A stretch of DNA of 64,000 nucleotides from assembly GCA_015680685.1 (NCBI GenBank), contig MNCI01002485.1, forward strand, positions 46,464-110,463. Direction: 5' to 3'. The translations under genes and the position numbers were made by a program. Source of the stretch: Gnetum montanum (Eukaryota > Plantae > Gnetophyta). Positions 39,424-51,693 of this stretch are shown here, piece after piece. Within the stretch, counting starts at the first letter, position 1, and the number at the start of each line of letters is the position of its first letter. The notes beneath the pieces are model-generated. The model was given only the letters and a program-made list of their open reading frames with translations. It was not told where the DNA came from and did no database searches.

Positions 39424-42220
39424 TCAAATGGTCCTAGGCAGTGGAGGTTCTTGAGGCTTTGAAGACCTTTCCTTGCTTCAAGTGCATGTGGTGGTTAAGG
39501 CGGTTGTGGTTGTCTTGCGGTAGATGGAACTTCTGGTGAAAGACTAAAGGCATACATTAGTGTCTTCATCTTCTCCTCCTTACTCTTGGGATCATTCATG
39601 GTCCACATTGCTTTGCAAATGTGGACTAGTGTGGGAACATTCCAAGGATAGGGCATTGCTAGGAACAACTCCTTTGCATTGACTAACTAGGTAGCAAAAT
39701 CCTTGCTTTCAACATTGAATGCCTTTACTACATTTTGCAGCTTCTAGTAGTTGCTCATTCTCCTAGCTAGGTTATCAACTATAGATCATTGATTAATGAA
39801 GCATTACCTGAGAACATTGAGTTCTACATTTATCACCTCAAGCTTCTGCTTGGTATCTTTGTGATGCTTGAACTCAGCTCGTACAACAAGTATGAACTAG
39901 CCACCTGTTTCTTGAATTTAGAGTGTGGTCATCTAATAGTCAGCATTACCAAATTTTCATAATGGAGATTGGCAAGATTCATGTACTCTATCATCTCCTT
40001 AATTTGTAGTTCCTTCATGTGAATCTCTACCTCTTTGTAGTTATTAAGCCCATAAAGATAGAATGTCAGACATCACCTCCTTCCTTGAGCTGTTGAAGGG
40101 CATAATTAACTTTTTTCTTCACCATCTAAATATGTTTCTCATTGATCTCCATTTGTAGATCAACCTAAGTTCTGTAGTAAATTTTGACTCTCTTAAATTT
40201 TAGAGCCTCATTTTTTTAGGTGGCTACCTCTATTGTGAATTTCTGGTGAAGGGTTTGAACTTCCTTCATGGAGAGATTTCTATTTTCAACTACCAATCTC
40301 CTTAGTTCAATATTTAGTATGAATAGCTGCTCCTACTATTGATGAATGAGATCTTGGATTTGCTACTTACGCACATTAACATTTTGTAAGTAGTGATTTT
40401 CTGTGGTCAAAGTGACATTCTCTTGGTGAGTTTAATCTGAGGCCTTTTGAATATTATGCATGATGACATTGATCAAGGATTAATCAAAGGTCATCATCTC
40501 CTTCACATCCTCAACCTTCTTGAGCTTATCCTAAAGGTATTAAAAAGCTTCATCATGCATTGGTGTAGGGTTGAGAAACACAGGATCAGCAAGGCGAGCT
40601 CTTAATTCAACAACCTCTATAGCTAGGCATTGGTTTTAAGCCTAGGCTATTTTTAGTTTTTCTTCCATGATAATGAATTTTTCCCTTGCTTTGAATAACT
40701 CTGACTTGGTTGTAGTGATTCTATCTGGAAGGTCAAAGACATCTAGAATTAGCTACCCAGTTCCCACCAGTCGGTCCACCAACTCCTCGTGTTGGGCTAT
40801 GTTCAATCTATCACTAACTATTCTTGTAAACGTCTATACATCTCTAAGTGTAGAAACATCTAGTATATACACCATAGGTGTGTTCAATGCCTTAGAAATT
40901 CTATCAGTAACCACCTTTGTTGTTGTCTCCTACCCATGGTGCTGCATCACCAAGACAGTTGCCCCCTCACCCTCCTCTAGACACATGGAGAAAGTAGTAG
41001 TATTCCTAAATATTTCTAGGAATTGTTGCTATTGTGAGAGAGAAATTGTTACATCTTAAGCACTAAGATTCGATCTTGCAGGGAGCTATGCTCTTTGGGT
41101 AGATAAAATTTGTTCACCTTCCTCCATCTAGCTGATGTTTTGAGCCACTTCATTAAGGTGACTCATCATTGGATGATACATAGATGGATTTCCATCTCAT
41201 GCATTTTTTAAAGGGTAGTGTGGCACTTTGGCATGGTTTCGTGAGCAAGTAGTGGAGGTGGTGGTTGCTCTCCTCTTCCTTGGTTGTGGCAGGGGTCTTA
41301 TTTTTCATCATTTCTACCCAAGAGGTAGAAGTATCATGCCTAATTATATCATTAGTGTAGTGAACTATTCTTGCCATTTTGCATAGTTTTTTGATGAGGT
41401 AGGAAAATGGTAGGACCTTCCTTCCATGTTCCTTTTCTTTAAATCTCTTCTCTATCTCTAGATAATTCTGCCGTGGAAGGTTCATAGGAAATTTTTCACT
41501 CAAAGAAGCACACACATGGGTAGAAAAGGTAATCACCTTACTAGGTCTCATTATCAGATTGAGGTGATAGGTTGCTATCTTGAAATATAGATGCTCCATC
41601 AGGGTGAGTGCAACATACTCCTTGTAATCCACTCCATAAAATCACTATGTCCACTCCTTATTTGCCTCTAGGTCTTCTTGCGTGAAGATCTCTGCCAAAT
41701 TTGTTCCAATATCAGGCAGCCCAAGGGCCTATGCAATAGCCTCCATCGAAGAGGATACTTGAATGTCCTTGATCTTCACAGTGGCTCCTACCCACCTACT
41801 GTTCAAGAAGAGATATGTCTTTCCCATGTACCACTTTGCATTAGAAGTCATGATTGATCACATGGAAGAGTTTTGCAACTACATCTTGACTTCTAGTGAA
41901 GCATGTTCTAAGAATGATCCAAAGTTTAATTCTTGGAGAACTAAACATTGGATGTCATGAGGCTTGATTTGATCAAGGTAGGCTTGAGTTAATGTGACCT
42001 CAAGTCTTGGCATCGATCCTAGTGCCTCATCTTGATGGAATTGTTCAATTACAGCCACTTCCTCAAGAATCCATCAGATAGATTCCACTTTGGCATACTC
42101 TCAAAGAGGTCTTGTCATATGAGTTTCTACTACTTGTTCTTGCTTTTCTCTTCCAGCTCTAGGTCATTTGTCCCTTGGTTGGGATGGTCCTCATTATGTG
42201 CATTTTGGTCTAGGTGCCAT
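39424..42220 (-). pseudogene. Athila extra ORF (~930 codons, multiple stops)
   Basis: Starts MAPRPK; contains VKIKDIQVSSSMEAIA*ALGLP and RKVLPFSYLIKKLCKMARI; coiled-coil-like C-terminal half. Confidence 0.8.
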
Positions 42221-42719
42221 TTGTAATCACAACATGACCAGAGATTAGCACTTAATGTGTAACTTTGAAACATTTGGACTACCTTATCTCTTGGTGTAGT
42301 TACACTTGGCGAACTTGTGATCATGGTCAATTTGATTATTTTAATATTATTTTATTATTATTTGATTAAATAGGTTACCAAAGTGTGTTGGAAAAGTTTA
42401 ACTCTCATAGGTTGATGATTTAATCTTATTTTATTCATTAAACCCATGGGGGAGTTAGAAAAATCTAAAACATTTTCTATAAAAAAACCTAAGGTTTGTG
42501 GCCCCCATGATGTAAAGCATACCTTCGAAAGCTACTAGATTGAAGAATGGAGTGAATTAAAAAAACGATTTAAAAGTTATGGGCTGTGGATGATTTTGAG
42601 CTCTAAAAAATTGCAAAAACTTCCCTTACATTTGAAGCAAATGAAAAAAATTCCTAGGTGGTGGGTACTATATATAGAAATTTTTCCATGCATCAACTGA
42701 GCCTCATCAATGACACTAA

Positions 42720-43632
42720 TGATGAGCAATGAGTAGACCTTATGCCCAACCATACAAATCACTAAGTATTTACATGTGTTCCAGTCAAGTTGCATGGACT
42801 TATAACTTTCTAAGTACACTGGTCATTAGAAAGTGAAACTAATCATTGCAATCGTTGTCTTCTTGATTGCACTTATGAAATGCAAAGGTATGGTTAAGTG
42901 TAACTGAGGCATATGATTTTTATCATTTTTATGTTTTATGTTTTAAGTCACCTAAGGCTAAAGAATAATGTATAAAATGAAATAATTAAATTGCTAATTT
43001 AATCTAACTAGCTACACCTAACTAATCCTAGCATTAGCATCCGTTCCCACTTTCCATACACATCATGAACACATTTAACACTATTGGGTTACCCAACGTT
43101 AAGTGTTACTAGGATCACCAAGTGCCAAGCATATGCTTGAAGTTGTCGTACTTATGTGCTTAAGTAAACACTATTTAATCTAGCTTAATTTAGCTTAATT
43201 AATTATTTAAATACTTAAATCATTAAAGGAAATTGCACAAAACATTAAATGTAGAAAGAAATAATTAATCTATTTGAAAGTGTTGCAAGGTTTATCAGAA
43301 AGCTCATCTTTATTACCACACACACTACCATGCTCAGGTGCAATAATGCTTGAATACAAATTTGTACAATCTTTGACTCTTATTATGGGCACTTTGAAAA
43401 ATATTCTAATATTCAAGCAAGAAAATTACAAGATTTCTGCTCCAACTATGATCAAAGATGCCATAAACATAGTAGGTGAGCATGTATTTATAGGTGAAAA
43501 TAGACATTGCATCAACGAGGCCATGTCAACGCATTAAATCCCACATTGATAGGGCTACATCAACATGGTTGCATTGATGGGGCTGCATCAATAGGGCCTT
43601 GTTAATGAAACCCAAGAAAACATGACTCACCA
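42720..43632 (-). repeat. Athila-type 5' LTR
   Basis: TGATGAG at 42720 to CTCACCA at 43632; direct repeat of 38314-39168. Confidence 0.9.
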
Positions 43633-46600
43633 ATTATCATTCCATGTGTTGTTATTCTATAAGCTCTAAATATTTGATCCATTGCTTCTAACAAGAATTA
43701 TGCCTATTAAGTTAGACTATGAAAGGAATGAGCTTCTTAGTACTCTTCATATAGAATAACATGGTTATTGTGCACTTTTTGAAAATAAGATGCTTTAGGA
43801 GCTTTGTTTCCTTTGTTCTTTTATTTTATTTTAATTGTTCCATTCAATCCATTAAACTACTTGGCTTTTTATTTTAGAGAAACATTATATTTTGTTTTTC
43901 ATGTTAATGATACTTCTAGATTCTATTCAAGAGAATTAAATTTTGTTTTTTAATAATATATTATGTAAAAAAAAGTTACATTCTCAAAGACCCTTGAGGA
44001 AAGAATTATGAGCCCTACAATAATAGAGGAGGTGATAGAAAATCCTTATAAAACTGAATAGAATGTGAAAAGCCTAAAATAACCAAACTCTAAAAGATAC
44101 AAAATATAAAATATTTCATCAAACTAGGAATATTTAACATTAAAAGAATGAAGCCTAATAGAAAATCATAGGAACCTAGAAGATATAGTAGAAAACCTTA
44201 TAAAATAAGAAAGGGGGAGGTTAGCTTGCGAGAGGAAGATCAAAAGGAGTTAAAAAGGTACCCTTATAGTCTTTATTAACTTAGCTTAGTACATGTGTAA
44301 AGGAGAAATAAATAACTTGAAATACATATTGAAATGTTCATTGTGCTACGAGAGAAATTCTCATTTACTAGCATAATCTTCCAATACATTTTGAGAAAGT
44401 TGTAAGGTTTCTTATTCACTTGCTTTATAAAGATGATCATGAAGACAAAGTTTGTGAGCTTTGTGCATGATTCCTTACACAAAATAAAATGAGCAAGTTC
44501 TATCACCTAAAAATGATACATATGGGAATTATAAAAGTTATCTAGGGTATTCTTATTGGCCTTTTTAATCTAAGCTTCATAGACATTCTCAAAATGTTGC
44601 AAAGTTGGGATAAACTACACTTCATCTTCATTGTCCAAATTCAAGGAAATACTAGAGGGAATAGTGCTCTAAGTAAAGGAGTCATAAGAAATATTACAAG
44701 TGGGGAAGGATCCAAAGGTGTACTTAGCCAAATAGTGTCAACACATCAAATAAGCAAGATCAAGATCTTATCATGTCATAACTATTAACAATATTGAGTT
44801 TTTGCCAAGCTTAATGGGTTATATTAAAGTTTAATGGGTCTATATGTTAAATTGTGGTTAGTACTACTATTAATTATTTACTAAATGACATGACTTATGA
44901 CTAAATCATTATAACATTTAATTTCATATAGAGGTATAAATGTGAGAAACATGGACATATTCATAAAAATCAACCTTTTTTAATTTGTGTTTCACAATTA
45001 TGGTTCACATACCTTTCTACACATCTTTAATGGCAATTATTCATGATGGTTGTAGACTACGTTATAGCTTGTGTACATTTATTAGATACCAACGAGATTG
45101 TTTATAATCTTTAACCATTGCCAACTATCATCAACCTTGGCATATTCATTGTTGAGGATTTTCCCTCTTTAGGCATCATTACATAATCATGACTTAACTA
45201 CAGTTATTTCCTTTATAGGAAAAGCTCTCATTAATATCAAAACATGAATTTAAGATAAGGTCTCATTCTAAGTTCTAAACATGAGATGTTTGCCAACTTT
45301 AAAGCTGGAAGAATTAGTAGGACGAATTATCCATTTTATTTGTATGATTTAATTTTAAAAGAAATCAATATTTAAAACTACCTTTTCAAATATGAAACAT
45401 AAAGGCTAAGGACTTAAACATGAAAGATAACATGCACTAAGATAAAAGGTTTTCACTTATTTTTTTTCTTTAATTTCAAATAGATGGTATTTAACCTGTA
45501 AAAGATTACATTACTAGAAGTGAACTTTCTCTATTCCAAATTACAATCCTAGTTAACATCACTATCAACATGCAATTTTTTATCACCTTTAATGGATTTG
45601 ATGCAAAGATAACAAATTATAGTTGATAATTTTATTGAGCTTTTTGAAATAACACCAAGGAAAATTGGTTACTTTATTGACGAAGTTTTTATTAGACATA
45701 CTATGTATATTTGTTTTGTCCAGTAGATGCTAAGTATCTTCATACATGATAAAAAACATTTCAATTTTAGTTTCAAAAAAGTTTAATGAAGAAAATAAGA
45801 TACACACAAGAAAATAAGATGCATGTAATTTCTTAAACAATATTAAGGTAACATGAATGTCATGAAAACTATTTCATCATTTTAAATTTATGGTTCTTTT
45901 GATGGACCTTATAAAATATTGCTTATTTTGAAAGGTCTTATGTACATGCATGCTTGCTTACCTTTTGTAAGTTAATTCAAGCATTCTTATTTAAAACAAA
46001 AACATGGATGCATAATACTAATTCTCAACGCATCCAACTTAGGACTTATCCTCTTCCTTAGTTATTTTGTTTGTTAACATTTTCATAATTACATTTCATG
46101 GCTACATCCTTCCATGTTTATTTGTTTCATATGAAAGGTCTTCTAAATGTTTGTTTTAATAGATAAGTGTTTTGTATATAGCTTTAGCATTACCTCTAGT
46201 TTTGGCTTTAGCTTTGGCTTCAACTCAAACTTTAACTTTGCCCACCCATAACCTTTTAACAGCATGTTAAAGTTTGATTTTATATCTCTTAGATTATTCT
46301 AATTACCTTACCCAAAATCTTATAGGAATAACATAAAAATTATTTATCAAATATTACATAATAATTCTATTTTTAAAATAACTCTTTTGGATTATATTCA
46401 TGAGTTTTCTTATTGATAACTTTCAAAGTTAATCTTTGATGTGAGACTTGTTTCTTTAGAACTACAATTTCTGTTAACACTTGCCAATATTTATTATTGA
46501 GCTACCACTTGACACGTGACTAATTCTTTTATGTAGATTCTCAATCCACTCAAATTTTGCAAGTAGTTTTGAATTTACAACTCCCTTCGAACTTTTTAGA

Positions 46601-47399
46601 TATTTTTTAAGGAAAATATTTTTGGTGTTGTGTTACACTTTTGCACTAATGGTAAGTTGATATTAATATTGCTCTTCTATTTCGTGAGTTGATTTCAGGT
46701 GTTCATCTTTTTAGGTTTTGTTTCTACTTTGCAAGTTCACATCTTCATGATTTTCTTATGTATAAATATAATCACAATTGTACTTATGAGTTATATATCT
46801 CATGAAAAGATGTAGTTGTTCACAAACCATCATATCTTCCTAATGACATTTCATAAGTGATTAGAGGATTAATTAATGATTCCAAGCTTTTTCCATAGGT
46901 ATATTCTAATAAGAGGATATTTCTCATGAACATTACAACCTAACTTTAAGTTAAAAATTCACTATAACTTCTAAACATGGAACATAGATTATGACTTTAA
47001 AATTGACTTTTCAAATACAAAACATAAATACTAAGGACTTAACATGAAATTTAACATAAACTAACTTCTCCAAGAATGGTACACAATTCACACCATACTT
47101 AACAAATATAATTAAAGCCTAAAACAAGGGGTAATCCATCCATAAGGAGCACGATAAATGAAGCTCAAGTGTTTATAACAATTTTTTATAGCATCGAAAG
47201 AATGTAATCCTTAATGTAAATCAATTAAGAATCTTGTACAAGTTTTACACTACACAACTACTGCTTATAACCTATGTAACAATCATCATGGAGATAAATT
47301 AACATATATGACTTGAACCTCAACAATTTTCTATATTGTATTAGAGAAAGGTTTCTAAGGAAAAAGAGATATATTCCATTTAGAACTTTATGGGGAAAA

Positions 47400-47800
47400 G
47401 AATAATGAAAGAATATAATTACCTCTTATTTCTATTACACATCCAATCCTGTAACTAATGAATGACAACACCAAAGAGAGTTGGAGATAAAGGAGAACCT
47501 TGCTTCATCCAAATTTTACTCCAAAATTTAAAATCATTTTTTGATTCACTATCTTTAAGCTTATTGATATATATTAAAAATATATAACTAAGCTAATTGT
47601 TACCTTTCTTATAAAGAAGCATTACTTTAAGAATCTTTTAAGGCCATTAATAGTAACAAAATTTAATCTTTCCTGATTTGTGTGTTACACTATCATATGT
47701 ATTTAAGCATATCAATATATCAACTAAATCAATAGCTTTTCCACATGCTAATTTGATAATGCCATCTATGACTTCTTTTAGATTAAAATGCAAAGGAGTT
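47400..47800 (-). mobile_element. LINE reverse transcriptase remnant
   Basis: Minus strand TYDSVTH and MKQGSPLSPTLFGVVI match the non-LTR RT motifs KAYDSV and QG.PLSP.LF. Confidence 0.6.
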
Positions 47801-48739
47801 TAACAAAAGTTATAACAAAAATCATTTTCTTTATAAAAGAAAGATTATTATCAAACATAGAAATATCATTTATAAAAAAAATATTACTATTAAATGCACA
47901 ACATCATTTAATTAAATTCACAATTCAGCTTGCCTAAAAACTTTACTATATAAGAGAAATGCTCCGGAAAAAATTGCTTAAGTAGTCATTATGTACAAGA
48001 TGTTCTCACTTGGAAAGATGGTTGAGCTTGTAATACTGTAGTTCAGCAAGCTTGACCAAGACGTAACGTTCACTAATACTAGCCGATCACAGCCAATCAT
48101 ATACAATTTTGGAGTAAATTGATGTTGAGAGAGATTCCAATAATACAGCCTCAGAAGATGGTAAGTTTTACACGTGTCTTTACTCGAGCAAGGATGATAC
48201 ATGCAGCAATAATCCTATATGAGCCCGACGTCGATCGTTTCTTCGGATTCGATTTCAAGTTACCTTCCTTTTACTCAACCAGACATAACAGATAAGAGAC
48301 AAAGCAGTAACAGTGTATTCTGCATCGAAGAAGGTACAGAGCGTAAATTTCCTCGTTCTATTAACCAATAAAATGTCCAAACACAACCCCACAAACAATG
48401 TTCATGGGAACCTATGCATCAAAAGAATCCAATTCCTGGAAGCGAGGAATGGAGCATTCGTGATTCCGAATGTGTTTGGGTATGTGTGCCTCGAGAAAAA
48501 GTGGGGACAGTAGCCAGGGACGTGATAGCGAAAATTTAAATATATTAGTTTTTTTTAAAAATTAAATCTTATATATCATAAAAAACATTGTAGAANCATT
48601 CTAGAATATACAACAAGTACAATGTAATTCAAAATATTGTTAATGCTTAAAAATTGCATAAAGGATTGCAATGAAACATTAAGTATTGAGTCTCATGTGT
48701 GTTACAAAATTATCTCTATTTTTAAATCACAAAAGAGTT

Positions 48740-51529
48740 CCTTGCCAAAGCTTAGAAGTTGTTACATGTTCAAATTCTAATTTTAGCCTATATTTTCTCC
48801 TTGCTCTACTCTAAAGAGTAAATTTGTAAAACCTGCTTCATTTTGTTCTATGTCATTAATATCATTTGCATGGTAATCATCTTCATCAAGGATTGAATCA
48901 TCAATATTAAGATTCATTGCTCTAGGAATATTAACTAAGTCAGTAGAATAACTTTCTCTATCATCAATTATTGGAACATCATCATCTTCTGGATTAACAT
49001 TCCAACGAAGAGTAGGTGTCTACCTATATTTTATTTCTTTTCTTTCTTCCAATCTAATCATGCTATGCACATATACTAATTTTTTAGCTCTTTTTGGAGT
49101 CAGACTATTTCTTTTGATCCGATGAATGAAAGAATATGTTGACCAATTTCTTTCAGCAGAAGAAGAAGATGCAACCTACATAAATGATAAAAACAAGAAT
49201 AAATTTTTGTATTGTTAAAAGATTCATTTTATAAAGTATTCAAAACTTCATCAAAAAACAAACTCATTTAAAGCTTTAGACCTAGTAGCCTACTAATCAT
49301 GGTGTTCAGAGAATGCATAATGATATATAAAACATCACATTTCATAAATTAATTAAAGAAATTAATACATATTAATATTTGTTATATGTTTAATGAAAAA
49401 CTGATCGTATTACCTAAGAAAGAAGCTTCATTGCTAAAGTTTGAAATCTAGGAGTATCTCCACCATGCAAACTCCACCATCCAGTTGGATCTTCTTGAGC
49501 TATTGCATCCATATCAGGTATAGCATCTTCACATTTAAATGCTTTTGTACGTCCTTCAGAAAATTAAAGCCATTCCTTTCTAATTAAGTTAGCCTCACAA
49601 GGTGAATATAACCGTTTAACATATTCTAAAAAGCTTGTTCTTACTTCCAAATCATCACAAGGCCTTGTTGGATTTTTATGTCTATGTTTTGAAGAATACC
49701 ACTTAATATTTAATGCATATGCAACCATATGCAATGGGGTATTTGTAGCATTCCATCTTTTTAGAATCAATGGAAGTAACTAAGCATTATAAAAATCAAG
49801 AGAGCTATCCATTTCTATAACTCTTTTATAAATTTCTGTTAACATATTTTCATAAATTACATAAATTTCTCTTAATGTAGGTGTATTTGTATCAGCATAA
49901 GGAATGAAATCAACAATAGGTTGCAGCATGCTAACAATCCTCCAACAATATAACAAATACTTATTTTTAATAAGATATAAAGATGCAAACAATAAAAAAT
50001 AAAGAATTATATTTCAAATAAATTATTTCTTACTTCATTTATTTCGACCACTCATCTAATAAAATCTTTTTTCTAACACTCTTTCCCATAGTTGTGTTGG
50101 CTTTCTCCCATGTCTTCTATTTACTAGTTATAACCATTGTTTGTAATGATTCTTGTATCTCTTATATTATCTCCAACATTATGAAATACAAAGCATACCT
50201 TTTTTACAAAATTTATAATTAGTTTCACATTAATAAATCAAATTTCTTAAAAACACACAATATAGATTTTTATATTCTATTACCTTGTTTCTATAGGGTT
50301 TTTGAAAGTCTTATTTTTGCTACATTTCCTGAAGAAGGAATTTAAATAATGATGATTGCAAATGAAAATTTGTATGTCTCTTGCATCTATAATAAGCTTT
50401 TTCACCCAATCAATTTTACCAATATCATGAAGTGTATTATTTAGAGAATAAACACAACAAGGAGTCCAAAATATATTTGCATGAATCATTTTTATCATTT
50501 TTCCTCCACGCCTACAAATAGGAGCTGAATCTGTTATAATTTGAATAATGTTGCTTGAACCAATAGTTGCAATTGCTGTCTCTAATAATTTGGCTTAAAA
50601 ATTAGCATCTTTTATATGATTGAAGCACTTTGTAGCATTAAGAAAAAATGGTCCAAGTTGACAACTAATTATAATATTAATTCATCAATGTTGACAAATA
50701 TCAGTCCATCCATCCATTATAATAAAACAACCACTTTGCTACCAAAATTGCTTCCATTCTTCCAACTTTTTCATACCAAGTTCATGCCTCATCAAAAAGA
50801 TCATTTCGAATTTTATCTTCAGTTGGAGGAATATAAGATGGACCTGCCATATAAAAATATTAGTTTTACTAATAATTTTAAATAAAAATGATAATTTAAA
50901 ATTTAAAAATATTATCTGCTTGAATGGCACAACAAATTGCTTCTTTGAATGAAGGAGTACATGCAAGTCTGAATTGTAATCCATTTGCATAAAACATTTT
51001 TGCAATATTGATATTAGCTTTTATTTTTTTTAACTTGAAAACTTATTTCTGTTTGTTTAAGCACTTTTATTTTTGCTGGTTGTACAACATCCTTTGTCTT
51101 GTTTTTACTTTCCTCTTTTCTCTGTTCGAATACTTACAGTGATGCTCTTTATCATAGTCTTTGCTTGAAAGTAGTCATACATAGCTTTTTGAATATCAGG
51201 ATATGGAAATTTACATGTAATAACACTTGTTCCTATTTTATTTTTTAATGTTTGAAATAAATGATGATGTATTCGTGTACCACTTGTAGGAATTCATAGC
51301 TACATACATGACACTTTCATCTTTTGCTTCCACCTCCTCCACTCCTACAAGTGTGTAATTGTGTTACGAATTGTTTTAATGAAGATTTCAAAATAAATTT
51401 ACCTTTTGCAAATGGTTTCAAAATTTCCGCATTATAATTTAAGACATTTTCTTCTTGCGATGCATTTTCCTTCAATAGAGTACTATCTATTTCATTTTCA
51501 TTGCTATCTATGTCTTGAATAGGATTCAT
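48740..51529 (-). pseudogene. hAT transposase (BED finger, DUF659, hAT dimerisation domain), intron-containing, disrupted
   Basis: GGGSKR*KCHVC; IMDGWTD; IQIITDSA; IFWTPCCVYSLN; RWNATNTPLHMVAYALN; VASSSSAERNWSTYSFIH...KRN.L...KLVYVH. GT-AG introns, e.g. 50283-50199 and ~49413-49177. Confidence 0.9.
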
Positions 51530-51671
51530 CTTTATAACTTTATAAATATTAATGGTAAAAATTAGGAAATGAGATATCACTTCTACTCTTCACAAAAGTT
51601 AAAATGAATTTGAAAAAAATTACAAATAGATATACTTACCAATTTGCTCAAATTACTGTGACTAAGGGTAT

Positions 51672-51693
51672 CTATTATTATTATTATTATTAT
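51672..51693 (+). repeat. (TAT)n microsatellite
   Basis: tattattattattattattat. Confidence 0.8.

Larger units (their letters stand above)
38314..43632 (-). mobile_element. non-autonomous Athila derivative: LTR-PBS-extra ORF-PPT-LTR, no gag-pol
   Basis: LTRs 38314-39168 and 42720-43632; PPT from 39169; PBS-like TTAGTGTCATTG 42719-42708 joined directly to the extra-ORF promoter. Confidence 0.8.

Noticed and set aside
40667-41059. 130-aa + strand ORF (likewise 2616-3032, 5782-6120, 57749-58051)
   Set aside because: These are antisense shadows of TE coding regions.
42715-43637. Solo LTR with TSD (ACTAA/ATTAT)
   Set aside because: The flanks match only 3 of 5, the left flank is better explained as a decayed PBS, and the right flank does not continue the element.
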